A DNA stretch of 64,000 nucleotides, taken from assembly GCF_006345805.1 (NCBI RefSeq), contig NC_043003.1:97526001-97590000 (forward strand), written 5' to 3'. The stretch comes from Octopus sinensis. Taxonomy: Eukaryota. This document shows positions 1-13,234 of this stretch, in pieces (position 1 is the first letter of the stretch; each line of letters begins with the position of its first letter). Below the pieces are notes generated by a model. The model did not search any database, was not told where the DNA came from, and saw only the letters and a program-made list of their open reading frames with translations. The translations under genes were made by a program, and so were the position numbers.

Positions 1-789
1 TCTTTCACAACACTCCGCCTTATATATATATATATATAAACGGAACAAGAACATAACGGACGACAATAAAAACATACGGACAGATGGGCGATATGAAGAC
101 AGACAGGAAAACTAGGACGGAACATTCGTGGCTTGCTATTCATCAGTCAAGCTTCCAATCATCAGCACAGTTTCGGCCTTTTAAACTTGAGACTTTTCAA
201 AATTGATAGGGCCCAAAAATCTAAGCTAAGGGGATTTTCGCCCGAGTTTATGCTACATACGTTTTGACTGAGTACTTAGTCCTGAAAGTACAGCTGACAG
301 TACTCTAAACCTACCCAACTCAGTCGAGAGGATCTTTCTCAATGTTTCATGGAGTGGTTTTTCAGCTGTTATTTGTAACCCCACCATGCCGTATTTCTTA
401 AAGCACAGATGTATTGGTTTACACTTAGCCCGCTTTTGAATTAGATTTTTGAGCAATGAGACAATTCTTCCATCAACACTTTTCCTTTTTCTTTTTTTTT
501 TTTTCAGCAACTTTGTCATATCTAAAAACTTCGTCTGTGCAACGTCTATGGCAAAATAACTCCTTGAACACTACAGCTGTATCCATTATATTTTCCGCCT
601 AACATATTTGTACAGGTATATTGTTACTGCTGTTGATTGAAATATTTGTTAAACTCTTCGAAATAATTTCGTTCTTAGTTAAACATTCATTTACATGTTC
701 ATTATATTTTCTTTTTTTTATATATATAAATGGTAGAATTAGTACTTTGGTAGTGGGTAGCGATTTTCTTCACTACTTCTGGGAGTGAC

Positions 790-1095
790 GACCCTGCCTG
801 ACACGAGTTCCGGGCTCAACTGGCTCCGGCTGACAGTCCCCGGTATGGGCTCCTATCCAGGGTTACTGAAAGGAGACAACCTTCAAAGAAATCCGGAGTG
901 AACTCCCGTAGGCGATTTAGTGTTCGACTCTCTTCCGGCAGCTCCTGCAACCAAACTGGTGCCAAACGTAATGCTCTGCTCTCCTTTGGACCACATCAGC
1001 AAGGTCGAGAGAGGAATCCTGACGATTGGGCTACCCAGGATTTTCTTACATCTATCCCAGGCCTGCGCAAAACTGGAGAGGAAACTGAAGAGGAC
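790..1095 (+). mobile_element. RTE-like LINE 5' UTR-type fragment
   Basis: GC-rich segment resembling RTE 5' regions (recalled pattern); shares a motif with 50519-50625. Confidence 0.4.
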
Positions 1096-2160
1096 ATGAA
1101 ATGTAAAAACCAGACTGGATTAGTTTATGCGCAATTCCATTGTCTCCCGAGACAAAAGGATGCCAACAACTGTTTATTTTTTATTATTGTTCCAATCCAG
1201 GCCAGTCCTCATTGAACAAACTCTTGAAAAAGATCTGGTTATGAATGTCCAGGCTTTTCAGTGCAATGTACACTGTGTGGAAAAACACCTCGATAGTTGA
1301 GCGGCAACATTTTGTGCCAAGGGCTTGCTCTATCTGGGCTGACCTGTAGCTGTGCAATAACAAGAATTATACCACTCACCGACTAACTCCAGCGACCAAA
1401 TCACTTTGGCTTTTAGTTCGCCGAGCAAGTTATACTGTTACCTACTTTGCTGCCATTCGTCCAGTTGGTTAGAGACCAGTTACTCCTGAACCTGTTGCAC
1501 GCCTTGATAATATAGGTATTAATGTTTCATATAAATAGTTTTGTGCCTTATTTGATTTCTAAGATAAAATCTACTTACTTAACATAGGAATTTGTGTTAT
1601 GCATGGATTACGCTTGTCAATATGATCTACATTGTCGTCTATTTTTAGCAGCATAACACATTGTTAATCTCACACACACACACATACTTGTGTGTTCATA
1701 ATACCTTTAAATGTATACATTTTTTTCATGGATATAGTATTTCTAATTGATTTTATGCTCGTATGTAGGTTATAATACCTTTCGTACATATTTTTTTCAT
1801 GGGTATAACGATATAGTTAGTGTTTCTAAATGATTTTATGCTCGTATGTAGGAGGTTATAGAAGTTGTCGGAATGCAAATTTCTAATCTTAACTTGCTAC
1901 TCATGTTAAAAATGTAAATGACCGAGCGATGCGAAGTGATGAGAATGGGTCTTTAGTACCAGATCACACGGCAGTTACAATGAAAGAGAGATATTGATAG
2001 AACCATTTACTTACCAAATAGAAAAAGGAGACACAACCGCGTAGAATGATTAAGAGATTTATTGATATGTTAACATATGTGTCTGTGTGTGCGTCATGTA
2101 TCCAGAATATTAGAGATGCCGTAATGAGAGCAAAATGTATGTGTGTGCGTAAGCATAGAT

Positions 2161-2795
2161 GGGATCTTTTCCTTTTGAACGGCAGATGTCAAACAATTTC
2201 TAGTTAACTAAACACTTTTAAACTTCGTATACTGGTAGAATGTGTTTATAAAACATCATTTTATCTTGGATTTATTGAGAAAATTCTATAGTTTGTAAGA
2301 TATTTCGTCTGAAAATCCGAGCATTTCGGCAATTTTAACCAATCGATTACCTCCATTCAACTAAAATCATTTGCTGCGTCTAAAACTGAGACAACATCTT
2401 GTAACTAACCCTAAACCTCCCCCCTAATTTTTTTTTCTTAATTGGTAAATTAATTTAATTCCATTGCTTTAGTTTTTTTTATATGCGTAACAATTAAATT
2501 AATTTAACAATTAAGAAAAAAAAACACGAAAGGCTAAAATTTAGGGTTAGGGTGATGGTTAGGGTTAGTGACAGGGTGTTGTCTGTTTTAGACGCAGCAA
2601 ATGATTTTAGCTCAAAAGAGGGCATAGGATTGGTTAAAATTCGAAAAATTAAACTACATTAAACTTACAAATTACACTTTTCTCAAGAAAGCCAAGAGAA
2701 AAAAATGTTTTATTTTGACACATTCTACCAGTATACGAAGTTTTAAAGTGTTTAGTTAACAAGAAATTGGCTGCAGTTCAAAAGGAAAAGATCCC
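2161..2795. mobile_element. Foldback MITE (635 bp) with ATAGAT target-site duplication
   Basis: TIR GGGATCTTTTCCTTTTGAAC; near-palindromic throughout; ATAGAT at 2155-60 and 2796-2801; internal TTAGGG-like motifs. Confidence 0.9.
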
Positions 2796-5272
2796 ATAGA
2801 TGTATGCACATGTGTTAAGTACATTTAAGGATGTCGATAAGGAAACAGTAAAAGAGTCTATAGCTATTGTATTCAGAAGTAAGTTCATAGACACAAGAAT
2901 GATAATGAATACTAGTTCGTAGTCAGTTGTAGACGGTAGCTGAAATACTGTATCCAAGAAGTCGTGGATGTGATACGGAGCCAGTTACAGGTACGTGAAG
3001 TCGTGGCTGTCATGCTGAACCGGTTACAGGTACGTGCCGTACGTGAAGTCGTGACTGCGATGCTGCAGCATGGGTCACTTGATACAGGAGTTCATGCAGG
3101 TTGTATATTCGCTCTTGATCCATGGTAAAGTAATTCACCAACAGCGAAGTGTTAGAACCTGGATGAGTTGCTTGCTGAGCTGTGTACGTAAAGAGATGAT
3201 GTTGACGATGTTAAGAAGGACATGATGGTGGCGACAAAGACGGAGGTTGCCGTAATGCTGTTGGACGAAGTTGGTGAGTTTCAACGTAGTTGCTATGGCG
3301 GTGTTGTCTGGCGTTGTCGTTGGAACTGGCTGTGTCTGTGTGATCAGTGGTTAGACCTTAAAAGGGCTGGAACCAAAGACACCGGAAAGAGGGAAAGCTG
3401 GGTTTTTAAAAGAAACTGTAGGCTCAAAACAGGGTAGAGAACAGGCTGTCCCACACGATCGTATTTAGGGACTCCAACAGGTTATACATGGCAATTGACG
3501 CGACAGAGTAAGAGACAAATTGTGCCAATACCAACCAATCAGAGTAGTAGACATAACAGGATCCAAATAGCAGCCAAAGGCTAGCTGTTCCCTGCTACGT
3601 TCGAATGTACGTATATATGATAAATGGGAGAGAGGAATTTCGCCCGAATCTACGCTACAAAAAGATCAGATACAAACTTTTCTAGTATTCTGTTCTGCAA
3701 ATAACATTTGCATTTTTTGAAACAAAATTTGTTGCCAGTGAATCCACTGAATTCTCCATTTAGAAGACCTCAATCTTCTGTTTATTATTATTTAGAATAA
3801 TTATTTAGTATAAAGGTGGTGAGCTGGCATGATCGATTGCATGCCGGGCAAAATGCTTTGCGATCGACTTTGCCTTTTACCCTTTCTGTGTCGATTAATT
3901 AAGTACCAGTTGAGCACTAAGGTCGATGTAATCCCACAGAATTTCAGGCCTTGTGCCTATTGCATGCAGAAAGGATTATTTAGTATAAAGAATAGAAAAA
4001 ACAGAATCCATTTCATAATATCATATAGCTACTGCTATTGTCTAAACAGAAGCAGTTGAAATTATTCGCATGACAGAAGTTCTGTTGGCTTTTTGTAGGT
4101 TGTAGCGAAAGTTTCGTTTGTAGCCATGCTTCGTCGCTCACAACTCTATCCACCTGCTCGAACTTGCTCTCTTTTCTCTTTTCTTCTCCTGTCTGTACTT
4201 GTAATGTCCCCTCTATGTAAACCTTTTATAGGTTAATAAAGAAAATATCTCTTTTCTCCTTTCTTCTCCGCTGCTCGACGAAGTCAACTTTGGAAAAGAG
4301 AGCCAGGCACGTGAATTCGATATTCAAATTCCTACCAGCAACTCGCTATGTATACTACGTCTAGTGCCTGTGGAAAGTAAATCTTGTAGCTTGAATTATT
4401 TGTATTTTCTCAACGTTATCATGGAACATGGCAAGTTGTTCAGGACCCTTTCTTCACCCCAGATAACTTTATTGAACATTGTGTACCCTGGACGTGAAGT
4501 TATTCGCACAGATACGAGTGTTGTTGTTATTTACTGCACAGAGGCATTTCATGGCCATTGGATTAATAGCACAGTCCAATTATTAAGGTGTTGACGTTTT
4601 CATTAGCGACATCCCTCGCTAAAGCATCATCTACATTTCCTGTGGTCTTAAGTTCGGAATTTTCCAAATAAAACAGGCCATTTATAACCTGGTTCATTCC
4701 ATCGACAGCTGAAATTATTCAGTATGAATATTATCATACACATTTTTCTTTCTTTTTCTTGCCTTATTTTGTTTTTCATTCAATTCAGGCTCGGCATTTA
4801 ATTTATTTTTCAATTGCTTTACATATTTGTAACGATCTGTATGCTGGTTAGCAGTGTCGGGTGTTCGATTCGTAGTCTCCAGTTATAAACAAGGTTGTGC
4901 AGTTCGTTTCTTCATGAAGTCTCTGGAATGGAATGAATGCAGTATTCTTGATGCAGTGGCGACTAGTATAAATGAGAAGAAAGAAAATAAATAACAGCTA
5001 ACATGGTTTTATCTATTGTTATAATATACAATTGCTTCGAGTTGTTAAATTATGAAGACGAGTAGTTCTGTTGTCACTCGTGTAGAATGTGGTGGTCATT
5101 TGTTGTTTACTGTTATGTGGCCAGAACAAAAGTGAGAAAGAGAAAGTAAAATAGTTTACCTCTCTGTGTCACAGAATAAAGAGAGTAATGGGGGTATATT
5201 ATCTTGGTGATAGCCGCCAATAGAAAGAGAGACGTGTTAACTCTGACAGCGCTGAGGAAAGAATATTGGTAT

Positions 5273-5470
5273 GGGATCTTTTCCTTTTGAACGGCACATG
5301 TCAACACAATTTCTAGTTAACTAAACACTTTTAAACTTCGTATACTGGTAGAATGTGTTTATAAAACATCATTTTTCTTGGCTTTATTGAGAAAATTATA
5401 TATGTTGTAACATATTTCCACTTTAATTTCAAGCATTTTGGCAATTTTAACCAATCGCTGACCTCCATTT
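5273..5470 (+). mobile_element. Left-end fragment of the same foldback MITE
   Basis: Aligns to 2161-2360. Confidence 0.85.
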
Positions 5471-5602
5471 GGAGATGACTCGTAAATCTCCGACTGCGAT
5501 TTTCATAGAACAAAAGTAGAAGCTAGTAGAAACATTTGGGCCGCGATTTCAATTCCTGGTTGAAAATCCATGAACCAACCGCTTCACATTTCTGATGTGC
5601 GG

Positions 5603-5905
5603 GCACGTGGCTTAGTGGTTAGAGTATTTGGCTTATGATCGTAAGGTCTTGAGTTCGATTCCCGGCGGAGCGTTGTGTTCTTGCGCAAGACATTTTATTT
5701 CAAGTCAGCTGACAAAATGAGAAGTACTTGAATTTCAAAAGGGCCAGCCTCGTCACATTCTGTATGACAATGAATACCCCTGTGAACTACATTAAGGGGT
5801 ACACGCATCTGTGGAGCACTCGGCCACTTGTACATCAATTTCACGAGCAGGTTGTTCCGTTGATTGGATCAGATGGAACACTCGTAACCGACAGACTACC
5901 AGTTA
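5603..5905 (+). mobile_element. tRNA-derived SINE family D
   Basis: A box TGGCTTAGTGG, B box GAGTTCGATTCC. Confidence 0.75.
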
Positions 5906-6254
5906 TATCCAGTTCATTTCTCGTAAAAATCTGTATTCTCCGTTGTGCTTCTCCCCGCATAATCACATACGTTTATGTTTGGAAGTTTTCAAAACGTAAT
6001 CGACGGTCAACCCACTTTGTTCCATTCTAGAATGAGACTCCTGTTGTAGACAGCTCTCCACTCGATTCGTTAATGTTTTTTGATCGCGTATAACTTTAGA
6101 CTTGACTCCAGTTGTAACCAGTTAACGATTTGTTTTGCTGTTGTATATCATTCCTTTTATCTAGTTTCAGCTCACGAGCTGTGGCCATGCTGGGGCAAAT
6201 AATAAAATCAAAGGGCCGGGTGGAGGGGCGGAAACACCTACCCGCCTAATAAGC

Positions 6255-6640
6255 CGTTTTCCTGATATCTTGCCAATGATGTGCATAGTTGCACATTTTC
6301 ATAGTGAATGTGGACAGTTTTCAGATTCTTGTTCGGTCTCTTCCTCCTTTTGACTTATCTAACAATTTGAGTGTCTTACCGTAATGTTCACGGTCCAGCC
6401 ACGCTCAAGACAATCAAGGAGAATGTCGCCTTTGTCATTAAAAAAAAATTATCATAATTTTCTATGCGGATCAATGGCTATTGAACTTCTTAGTCCTTGG
6501 AGAAGACGTGCATTCAACTTTCGTTTCAGGATCATAAAGGTATAACCATGTTTCATCTCCTGCCACCACATTGAAAGAAAACTTGTTTTTCTTGGTTTCA
6601 AACGCTTCTAGTAGATCAGAGCAGACTTCCAGTGACACCA
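6255..6640 (-). mobile_element. Mariner transposase fragment
   Basis: VVAGDETWLYLYDPETK, followed by a degenerate LHHDNA-like IHYENV. Confidence 0.75.
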
Positions 6641-7229
6641 AAATTTCATGAAAAAAAAATAACTCCCTCGTTATGCCACAACCACAGTTATCTACATGTA
6701 TAGTATTTTTAAGTGTTATGTTAGATATTGCAGAAGTAGCAGCCAAGGTACACTGCTCCAATGTACGATACCCAGCCACGAATACCACTGAGCAATGTGA
6801 CTGTTTTCATCAAATATCTCTTATTATAAAAGGCAGATTTTATCTGCCTCCCTTTGTATCTTATAGAAATCTACAATATAGGATTCCTTCAATTACAATT
6901 TACCTAGCATTTTTAAGAGTAGAATGCATCGGGTCGTGACAGGTCCACTTTTTAAAATTTCAACCCCAATTAAGCAAAATTTAAAGAAAACTCACATTGT
7001 GGTGTATGAGTCAAATGCTTCTCTTAGTGTGGGATACAGCACACGCAAACGCACATACAGTGTGCAACGAATAAAGTGAAACTAATTCACTTTCTGTAGT
7101 GAGTGACTATTTCACTATACATTCCCACTTCCACTTTACACACATAGACACGCAAATATATAAATAAAATTGTAAGCTAGCGTGTGTGTGTGTGTGAGGA
7201 TGCGTGTGTGTGTGTGTGTGTGCGTGTGC

Positions 7230-7695
7230 GTGAGTGTGTGACAGGAAAGTTTTTTACGACGAATATAAGACCTATATCCAAGTAGCAGAAAGATCGCCCA
7301 AAAGTGTATATAGATATTTAAATGTATTTATATATTCATCTATACACAGATGTATGTATAATGTGTGTGTATATATTTCCATAGCGGTAACCTTTCACTC
7401 CATACAAAGTTTTTTAGGACGAATATAAGATCTATATATTCATCTATACACAGATGTATGTATAATGTGTGTGTATATATTTCCATAGAGGTAACCTTTC
7501 ACTCCATACAAAGTTTTTTAGGACGAATATAAGATCTAAAGTTATCTCTAAGAAAAAGAAAGATCGCCCAAAAGTGTATATAGATATTTAAATGTATTTA
7601 TATATTCATCTATACACACATGTATGTATAATGTGCGTGTATATATTTCCATAGAGGTAACCATTCAATCCATACAAAGTTTTTTAGGACGAAAA
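7230..7695 (+). repeat. Tandem ~95-bp units (3 copies) with partial extensions
   Basis: TATATTCATCTATACACA...CATACAAAGTTTTTTAGGACGAA at ~7331, ~7434 and ~7601. Confidence 0.85.
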
Positions 7696-8541
7696 TATTT
7701 ATATATAAAAGAAAGGTTGTGTGTCTGTCTACTCCGATTTAGATTCCTAACTACTCCCACATTTTGCAATGCAGTTTAACCAAAACCGGGTATCTTATAG
7801 TCGTGATTCATATCGAGCCCTTGTGGGTATTAGCGCGCGTCTACGATGAGTCTATGATTTTACAAATAATTTACCATCATTTTTTTCCATTTTAATGCAT
7901 ATTTTTTTTAATAAAGGGAAGTAACTCTCAAACTTCACACCAATATGCGTGCTCATATGCGACGTAATATCACATCAGCAGCATTTCCTCACACCCTCCT
8001 TGCACTTGGCGAAAGCAAAATACCAGGGGATGAAAATGGTAATATTGCCATCGATTCCATTTGTACCATTGTTAAGACGCCTTCTGATCTCAGAGATGCA
8101 GTGTTCCCAGATCTACAAGCTAATTATCAGAATATGGATTGGATTGGCAAAAAGGCTATACTGGCCCCGAGGAATAAAACTGTTCACCATATTAATGATG
8201 AAATGCTAAAACTCATTCCTGGGGAAGTCTATGTATATCAGTCTATCGATACAACTCCTGACCCAGAGGACGTCATCAACTATCCAATAGAGGTACTCAA
8301 TTCCTTTGAGCACCCCGGACTACCACCACACTTTCTCAAACTTAAAGTTGGTGCCCCTATAATGCTCATCAGAAATTTGGTTCCCCAAAACAATGCAATG
8401 GCACACGTTTTATCGTTAAGTCCTTATCTCCCACCGTAAACTTATACCAATATTTGCCTGAATAATCATCATAATTTAGTGCAATCATTAACAGTACTTT
8501 CAAGCAATTCAGCCCTGAGCAACGCCGGGCAATTCTGCTAG
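7696..8541 (+). mobile_element. Non-autonomous Helitron carrying a Pif1-type helicase fragment
   Basis: 5' end matches the copy at 28614-29011. Fragment AILAPRN..V..IN, YPIE.LN..GLPPH.L.LKVGAP.ML.RNL; 3' hairpin, then CTAG|T. Confidence 0.9.
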
Positions 8542-8900
8542 TATATATATAAACGGCAAAATGTCTGTGTGTGTGTCCTTTATACAAATCCACAATTTTT
8601 CAGTTAGAGGGCTCGCACTTTCTATGGTCATTCAAAACCGCCCAAGGGTGGTCGTGCACATCCTTACATTTCCCCAGTCACCCCGCAAAGGCATTTAAAA
8701 TGAATAGAAGTGAATTTTTTTTGAATTTTCTATCCGAAACCTAATCAAAATGTCCGAAACTTGATACACCAATTGAAAGTTTGCTAGCTGTATGTGATTG
8801 GTTGGATATTTGGACAGTACTCGCGTGTATGTGCGCATGCACGCAGCTGTATATGCATGCACTGGCACGATGACCCAGCGTTGCCGGGTCATAGTGCTAG
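8542..8900 (+). mobile_element. Second short non-autonomous Helitron, head-to-tail with the first
   Basis: TATATATATAAA...TGTCTGTGTG head; 3' hairpin GACCCAGCGTTGCCGGGTC (8872-90), then CTAG|T. Confidence 0.7.
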
Positions 8901-9208
8901 TAAATATATGTACTGTTTTCATGCTATTAAATACATGCACGGTTTACACATTGGTTATGTTACATACATCGTTTAAATGAAATTATGGGCTATCACTGTC
9001 ATCACAATTTGTTTCTATTTCAATATATTTTCACAATTTTTAGGACAATTTTATTCCATTTTTTCACCACCGTAAACTGTATGCTGACTACTGATAGTGT
9101 CCCACTACATGGTTTGTCTTCAATGCTAGTTTCCTTTTCTTTAAATTTTTTTCCTCCACCGGTACATATTGTTATTGTCAAGAGTGTCATCTCCATAAAC
9201 CACCTATA

Positions 9209-9680
9209 GTTAAGTTAAGTTAATTTTTTGGCTCAAAAAGCAAGGCCATGTAGGGGGACATGGAGTTATGTACAGGGAGGGTGTTCATGCAAAGAGTTCA
9301 GGCCATTTCTGGTCAAGACTTTGAACCGAGCGGTCGTTGGCATCTTCACTATCTCGTCCGGCAGCTTATTCCACGGATCTGCAACCCGGACGGAGAAAGC
9401 CCCTCTCCTTCGATTGAGATGAAATCGTCACAGATAGAGCTTTTCGGAATGATCCCGCAGCTGATGCTCTGGAGCAGGAGTGAAGAACAGCTCTTTCGAG
9501 AGGTTACACTTTCCGCTTATGATGTTGTGCGCAAGAATGAGATCACCACAGCGTCGTCGTTTTCTAGAGAATAAAGGTCAAGCGTCTTCAGCCTTTCTTC
9601 ATAAGACAAATTCTTGAGACCAAGAACCATGCGGGTAGCCAGCTTCTGGACTCTTTCGAGATGATGTATGTCTTTGAGGA
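9209..9680 (-). mobile_element. CR1-group LINE 3' fragment
   Basis: LERVQKLATRM..GLKNLSYEERLKTL.LYSLEKRR..GDLI...FS.RV..PWNKLP; (TTAAC)n tail. Confidence 0.85.
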
Positions 9681-9699
9681 GATAAGAAGAAGAGGCTTA

Positions 9700-9775
9700 G
9701 ATGTCGGATAGACTGTATCTCTCTTTCGCCAAGAACTCAATGACAGCACGTTGCTTCTGCTTGGAGGTCATTATA
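9700..9775 (-). mobile_element. Mariner N-terminal fragment
   Basis: MTSKQKQRAVIEFLAKE resembles mariner starts. Confidence 0.5.
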
Positions 9776-9812
9776 TGCTAGCAATGAAGAACAAGAATAA
9801 GAATTTCTATAG

Positions 9813-10188
9813 AGCGTAGGAGTGGCTGTGTTTTAAGGAGCTTGCTTACCAATCACATGGTTCTGGGTCCATTCCCACTGCATGGCAAGTGTCTTCTACC
9901 ATAGCCTCGGGCCAACCAAAGCCTTGTGAGTGGATTTGGTAGACGGAAACTGAAAGAAGCCCGTCGTATGTGTGTGTATGTGTATATATTTGTGTCCGTG
10001 TTTGTCCCCCCAACATTGCCTAACAACCGATGGTGGTGTGTTTACGTCCCTGTAACTTTGCGGTTCGGCAAAAGAGACCGATACAATAAGTACTAGGCTT
10101 ACAAAGAATAAGTCCTGGGGTCAATTTGCTCGACTAAAGGCGGTGCTCCAGCATGGCCGCAGTCAAATGACTGAAACAAGTAAAAGAG
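9813..10188 (+). mobile_element. tRNA-derived SINE family A
   Basis: A-box-like TGGCTGTGT, central (TG)n, tail TAAAAGAG. Confidence 0.9.
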
Positions 10189-10197
10189 TTAAGTGAG

Positions 10198-10335
10198 CAG
10201 TGATTTCCAGCCTGTAGTTCGCAAAGGTAGTACTGGGGGTCAGTGAACATTTTAAGCAGACAGATCTTTCAATATCCTGGGGCCCATTGGAAAACTCATT
10301 TAAATAAATGGTAGTGAAAAGGTTGCAAACCACTG
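10198..10335. mobile_element. hAT-like MITE
   Basis: CAGTGATTTCCAGCC ... GGTTGCAAACCACTG ends; TSD not recognisable. Confidence 0.55.
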
Positions 10336-10684
10336 CTATAGAGAAAGAGTTACTCTATTAACATGTGTAACTTGATCAACTTACGTTAGTTAATAAAAAA
10401 ATAACAGTTGAGCCTATTTTTTCATTACTTTTGTTTCAAGTAGCATGCACGCACACGCACGCACACACACACACACACACACACGCGCGCACATTATGCC
10501 AAAAATAATGCAAAAGTAGGTTTCACATTTTATTAACTAACATAAGTAGTTCAAATTGCACTTGTTGGTTTAGTATCTCTTCCTGTATAGTAACTTTTCT
10601 TCCTGTTTGCAAGCAAATAATAAGTTCCAAGTAGAAACAAAATACCATCCCATCATTATACAGACATACATGCATGAATGTCTG

Positions 10685-10728
<44 letters not shown>

Positions 10729-10762
10729 TATATATACATATGTGTGTGTGTGTGTATGCATA

Positions 10763-11020
10763 TCTATATATATAAAACTGAGAATGTGTGTCTGTCTGTC
10801 TGTGTGAATCCCTAAAACTTGAGAACTACACAACCAATTTCATTCAAATTTTACACATGCCTTACTTAGGGTCAATGTAGTGTCATGGGCAAAAATATTT
10901 TTAACTTCTTGCCTAGGGCGAGCCCACAGCAACATCATATTTTCACTATTTCAGTATTATGTGTTAAAAGTGAAACAAAAACATCTCTATATTGTAATGT
11001 CAGACACTTTCACTTTAATA
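10763..11020 (+). mobile_element. Helitron 5' fragment
   Basis: A|TCTATATATATAAAA...TGTCTGTCTG head; 3' end not clearly seen. Confidence 0.5.
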
Positions 11021-12417
11021 CTGAACCTATTAAAGAAACTGTTATAGAAGAGGGATGAACTATTAACAGTGGACATCCATTTTGCTAGAAGAAGATCCGC
11101 TGTGGTCTTATATGCTACACCACTGGTTTTCAATTCATATTAATCAAATTAATATTCATTTTTTCACCCTTATTATTTTAAATTTAAATTTACATGTATA
11201 TATATATATATATATATATAAATATATATATACACACACATACATAGGTGCAGGTGTGGCTGTGTGGTAACAAACTTGGTTCCAAAACACATGGTCCCCA
11301 TACAGGATATCAAAATTTATAGCAAAATGTGGAAAACCACATACAATTGGAGAAACTCTGATAATACCCTCAGTCACCGAAATTCTTACAACTGTTCTTA
11401 AAGTCAACTGGTTTTAAAGATTTTAAAATCAATTCCCCTTAGCAACAATACCGTATCTTGTTGAATTGATAAAATGAGTGAAGATATTGAAAATCAATTG
11501 TGTTTGGAACTCAAAAAAATTGAATTCAGTATACAACTCGATGAATCAGAGACAATGTACGAAGCATTGAAAGCTTATTTCGAAAAGAACTGCTTTCCCT
11601 TCAGCAATATGATATCATGCACAACTGATGATGCACCACTTATGACAGGTCATCAAGCTGGTCTGGTGTCACATCTGGAAAAAGAAATGCCTGGTCTATT
11701 CACAATACCCTGTGCAATTCACTGGCAACATCTCATTGCTAAAAGGCTGAGTGAGTGACTCTCTCTTCCAGCCTTGCTGTAATAATATGTTGTCAACAAA
11801 ATCAAATCTCAGGCTTTAAACACTAGACAGTTCCATCAATTATGTGAAGAAAATGGTGAAGAATATGAAACACTTCTTCACACTGAAGTTCGTTGGTTAT
11901 CTAAAGGCTCTTGTTTGAAGCACTGTTGTAGAATTCTTACATATACATCATAATGAACAACTTGCAAAAACGTTGACTTCATACACGGTGATGTAGCTTA
12001 ATTGGCTGATATTTACAATAAAATGAACATTCTAAATTTGTAACTGCAAGGGAATAATTTTACCCTCATTCAAGCAAAAAATGCAATTAACAGTTTCATA
12101 AGCAAAATCAAACTGTATAAACAAAACCTGGGAAAGAAGGAGTTTTGTCAGTTTCTGTCCATTGATTGAACAGAATATTCCTGACTGAGTAAAGAACCCA
12201 TTTGTGTGCAAACCAGAGGAACAAAAATTGATTTGCAGAAGGACATTGTCAAGCTACAATGTGACGAAGAAGGAAAGACGATTTTTGAAATGTGAAATGT
12301 GGTCACATTGCAGTGTGAAATTTTCTTTACTGTGGAATGAAGTAAGGCTATTTTTCATTGCATTCCCATCTTACTTGGTGGAGAAAGAATTTAATCCAGT
12401 AAACCAAGTTTTATGGA

Positions 12418-12665
12418 GGCTTAGTGGTTAGAGTGTCAGCACCATGATTATAAGATTGTGGTTTCGATTCCTGGACCGGGCGACGCGTTGTGTTCTTGAG
12501 CAAAACATTTCATTTCATGTTGCTCCAGTCCACTCAGCTGGCAAAAATGAGTAATGCTGTGATGGACTTGCATCCCATCCAGCTGGGGAACACATACGTC
12601 ATAGAATCTGGGAAACCGGGCCAATGAGCCTGGCTAGGCTTTAAAAGGGTGCATTTATTTATTTT
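12418..12665 (+). mobile_element. SINE family D-like
   Basis: GGCTTAGTGGTTAG...TTTCGATTCC head; related copies at 31405-31635 (-) and 54147-54225 (+). Confidence 0.75.
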
Positions 12666-12819
12666 ATTATTATTTAAACCAAATTTTAACTAAAAACAGA
12701 AACCACCTAGTGATTTACGACTTCTTTTGTCAAATTTAGAACCAAGCTGCAAGGATCACACTGATCACATCCAATGCAGTCAGTAAATGTTGCTGTGAAT
12801 AAAATGTATACATGTATAT

Positions 12820-13234
12820 TCTTTACTCTCTTTTACTTGTTTCAGTCATTTGACTGCAGCCATGCTGGAGCACCATCTTTAGTCGAGCAAATCGACCCCG
12901 GGACTTATTCTTTGTAAGCCCAGTACTTATTCTATCGGTCTCTTTTGCCGAACTGCTAAGTTACGGGACGTAAACACACCAGCATCGGTTGTCAAACAAT
13001 GCTAGAAGGACAAACACAGACACACAAACATATACACACACATACATATATATACATATATACATATATACGACAGTCTTCTTTCAGTTTCTGTCTACCA
13101 AATCCACTCACAAGGCTTTGGTCGGCCCGAGGCTATAGCAGAAGATACTTACCCAAGATGCCACGCAGTGGGACTGAACCCGGGACCATGTGGTTGGTTA
13201 GCAAGCTACTTACCACACAGCCACTCCTGTGTCT
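12820..13234 (-). mobile_element. SINE family A
   Basis: Full-length match to the other copies. Confidence 0.9.

Noticed and set aside
120-190. Two CTGATGA motifs and a CGAAAC on the minus strand
   Set aside because: Wrong order and spacing with no consistent stems; at most a decayed relic. The lone CTGATGAAG at ~25710 likewise lacks a downstream GAAA.
253-519. 88-aa ORF with faint resemblance to Penelope RT
   Set aside because: Similarity is too weak to support and the frame includes a poly-A run.
2400-2570. TTAGGG/CCCTAA motifs as an interstitial telomere
   Set aside because: Only 2-3 degenerate units, and they are part of the MITE arms (also at ~50015-50040).
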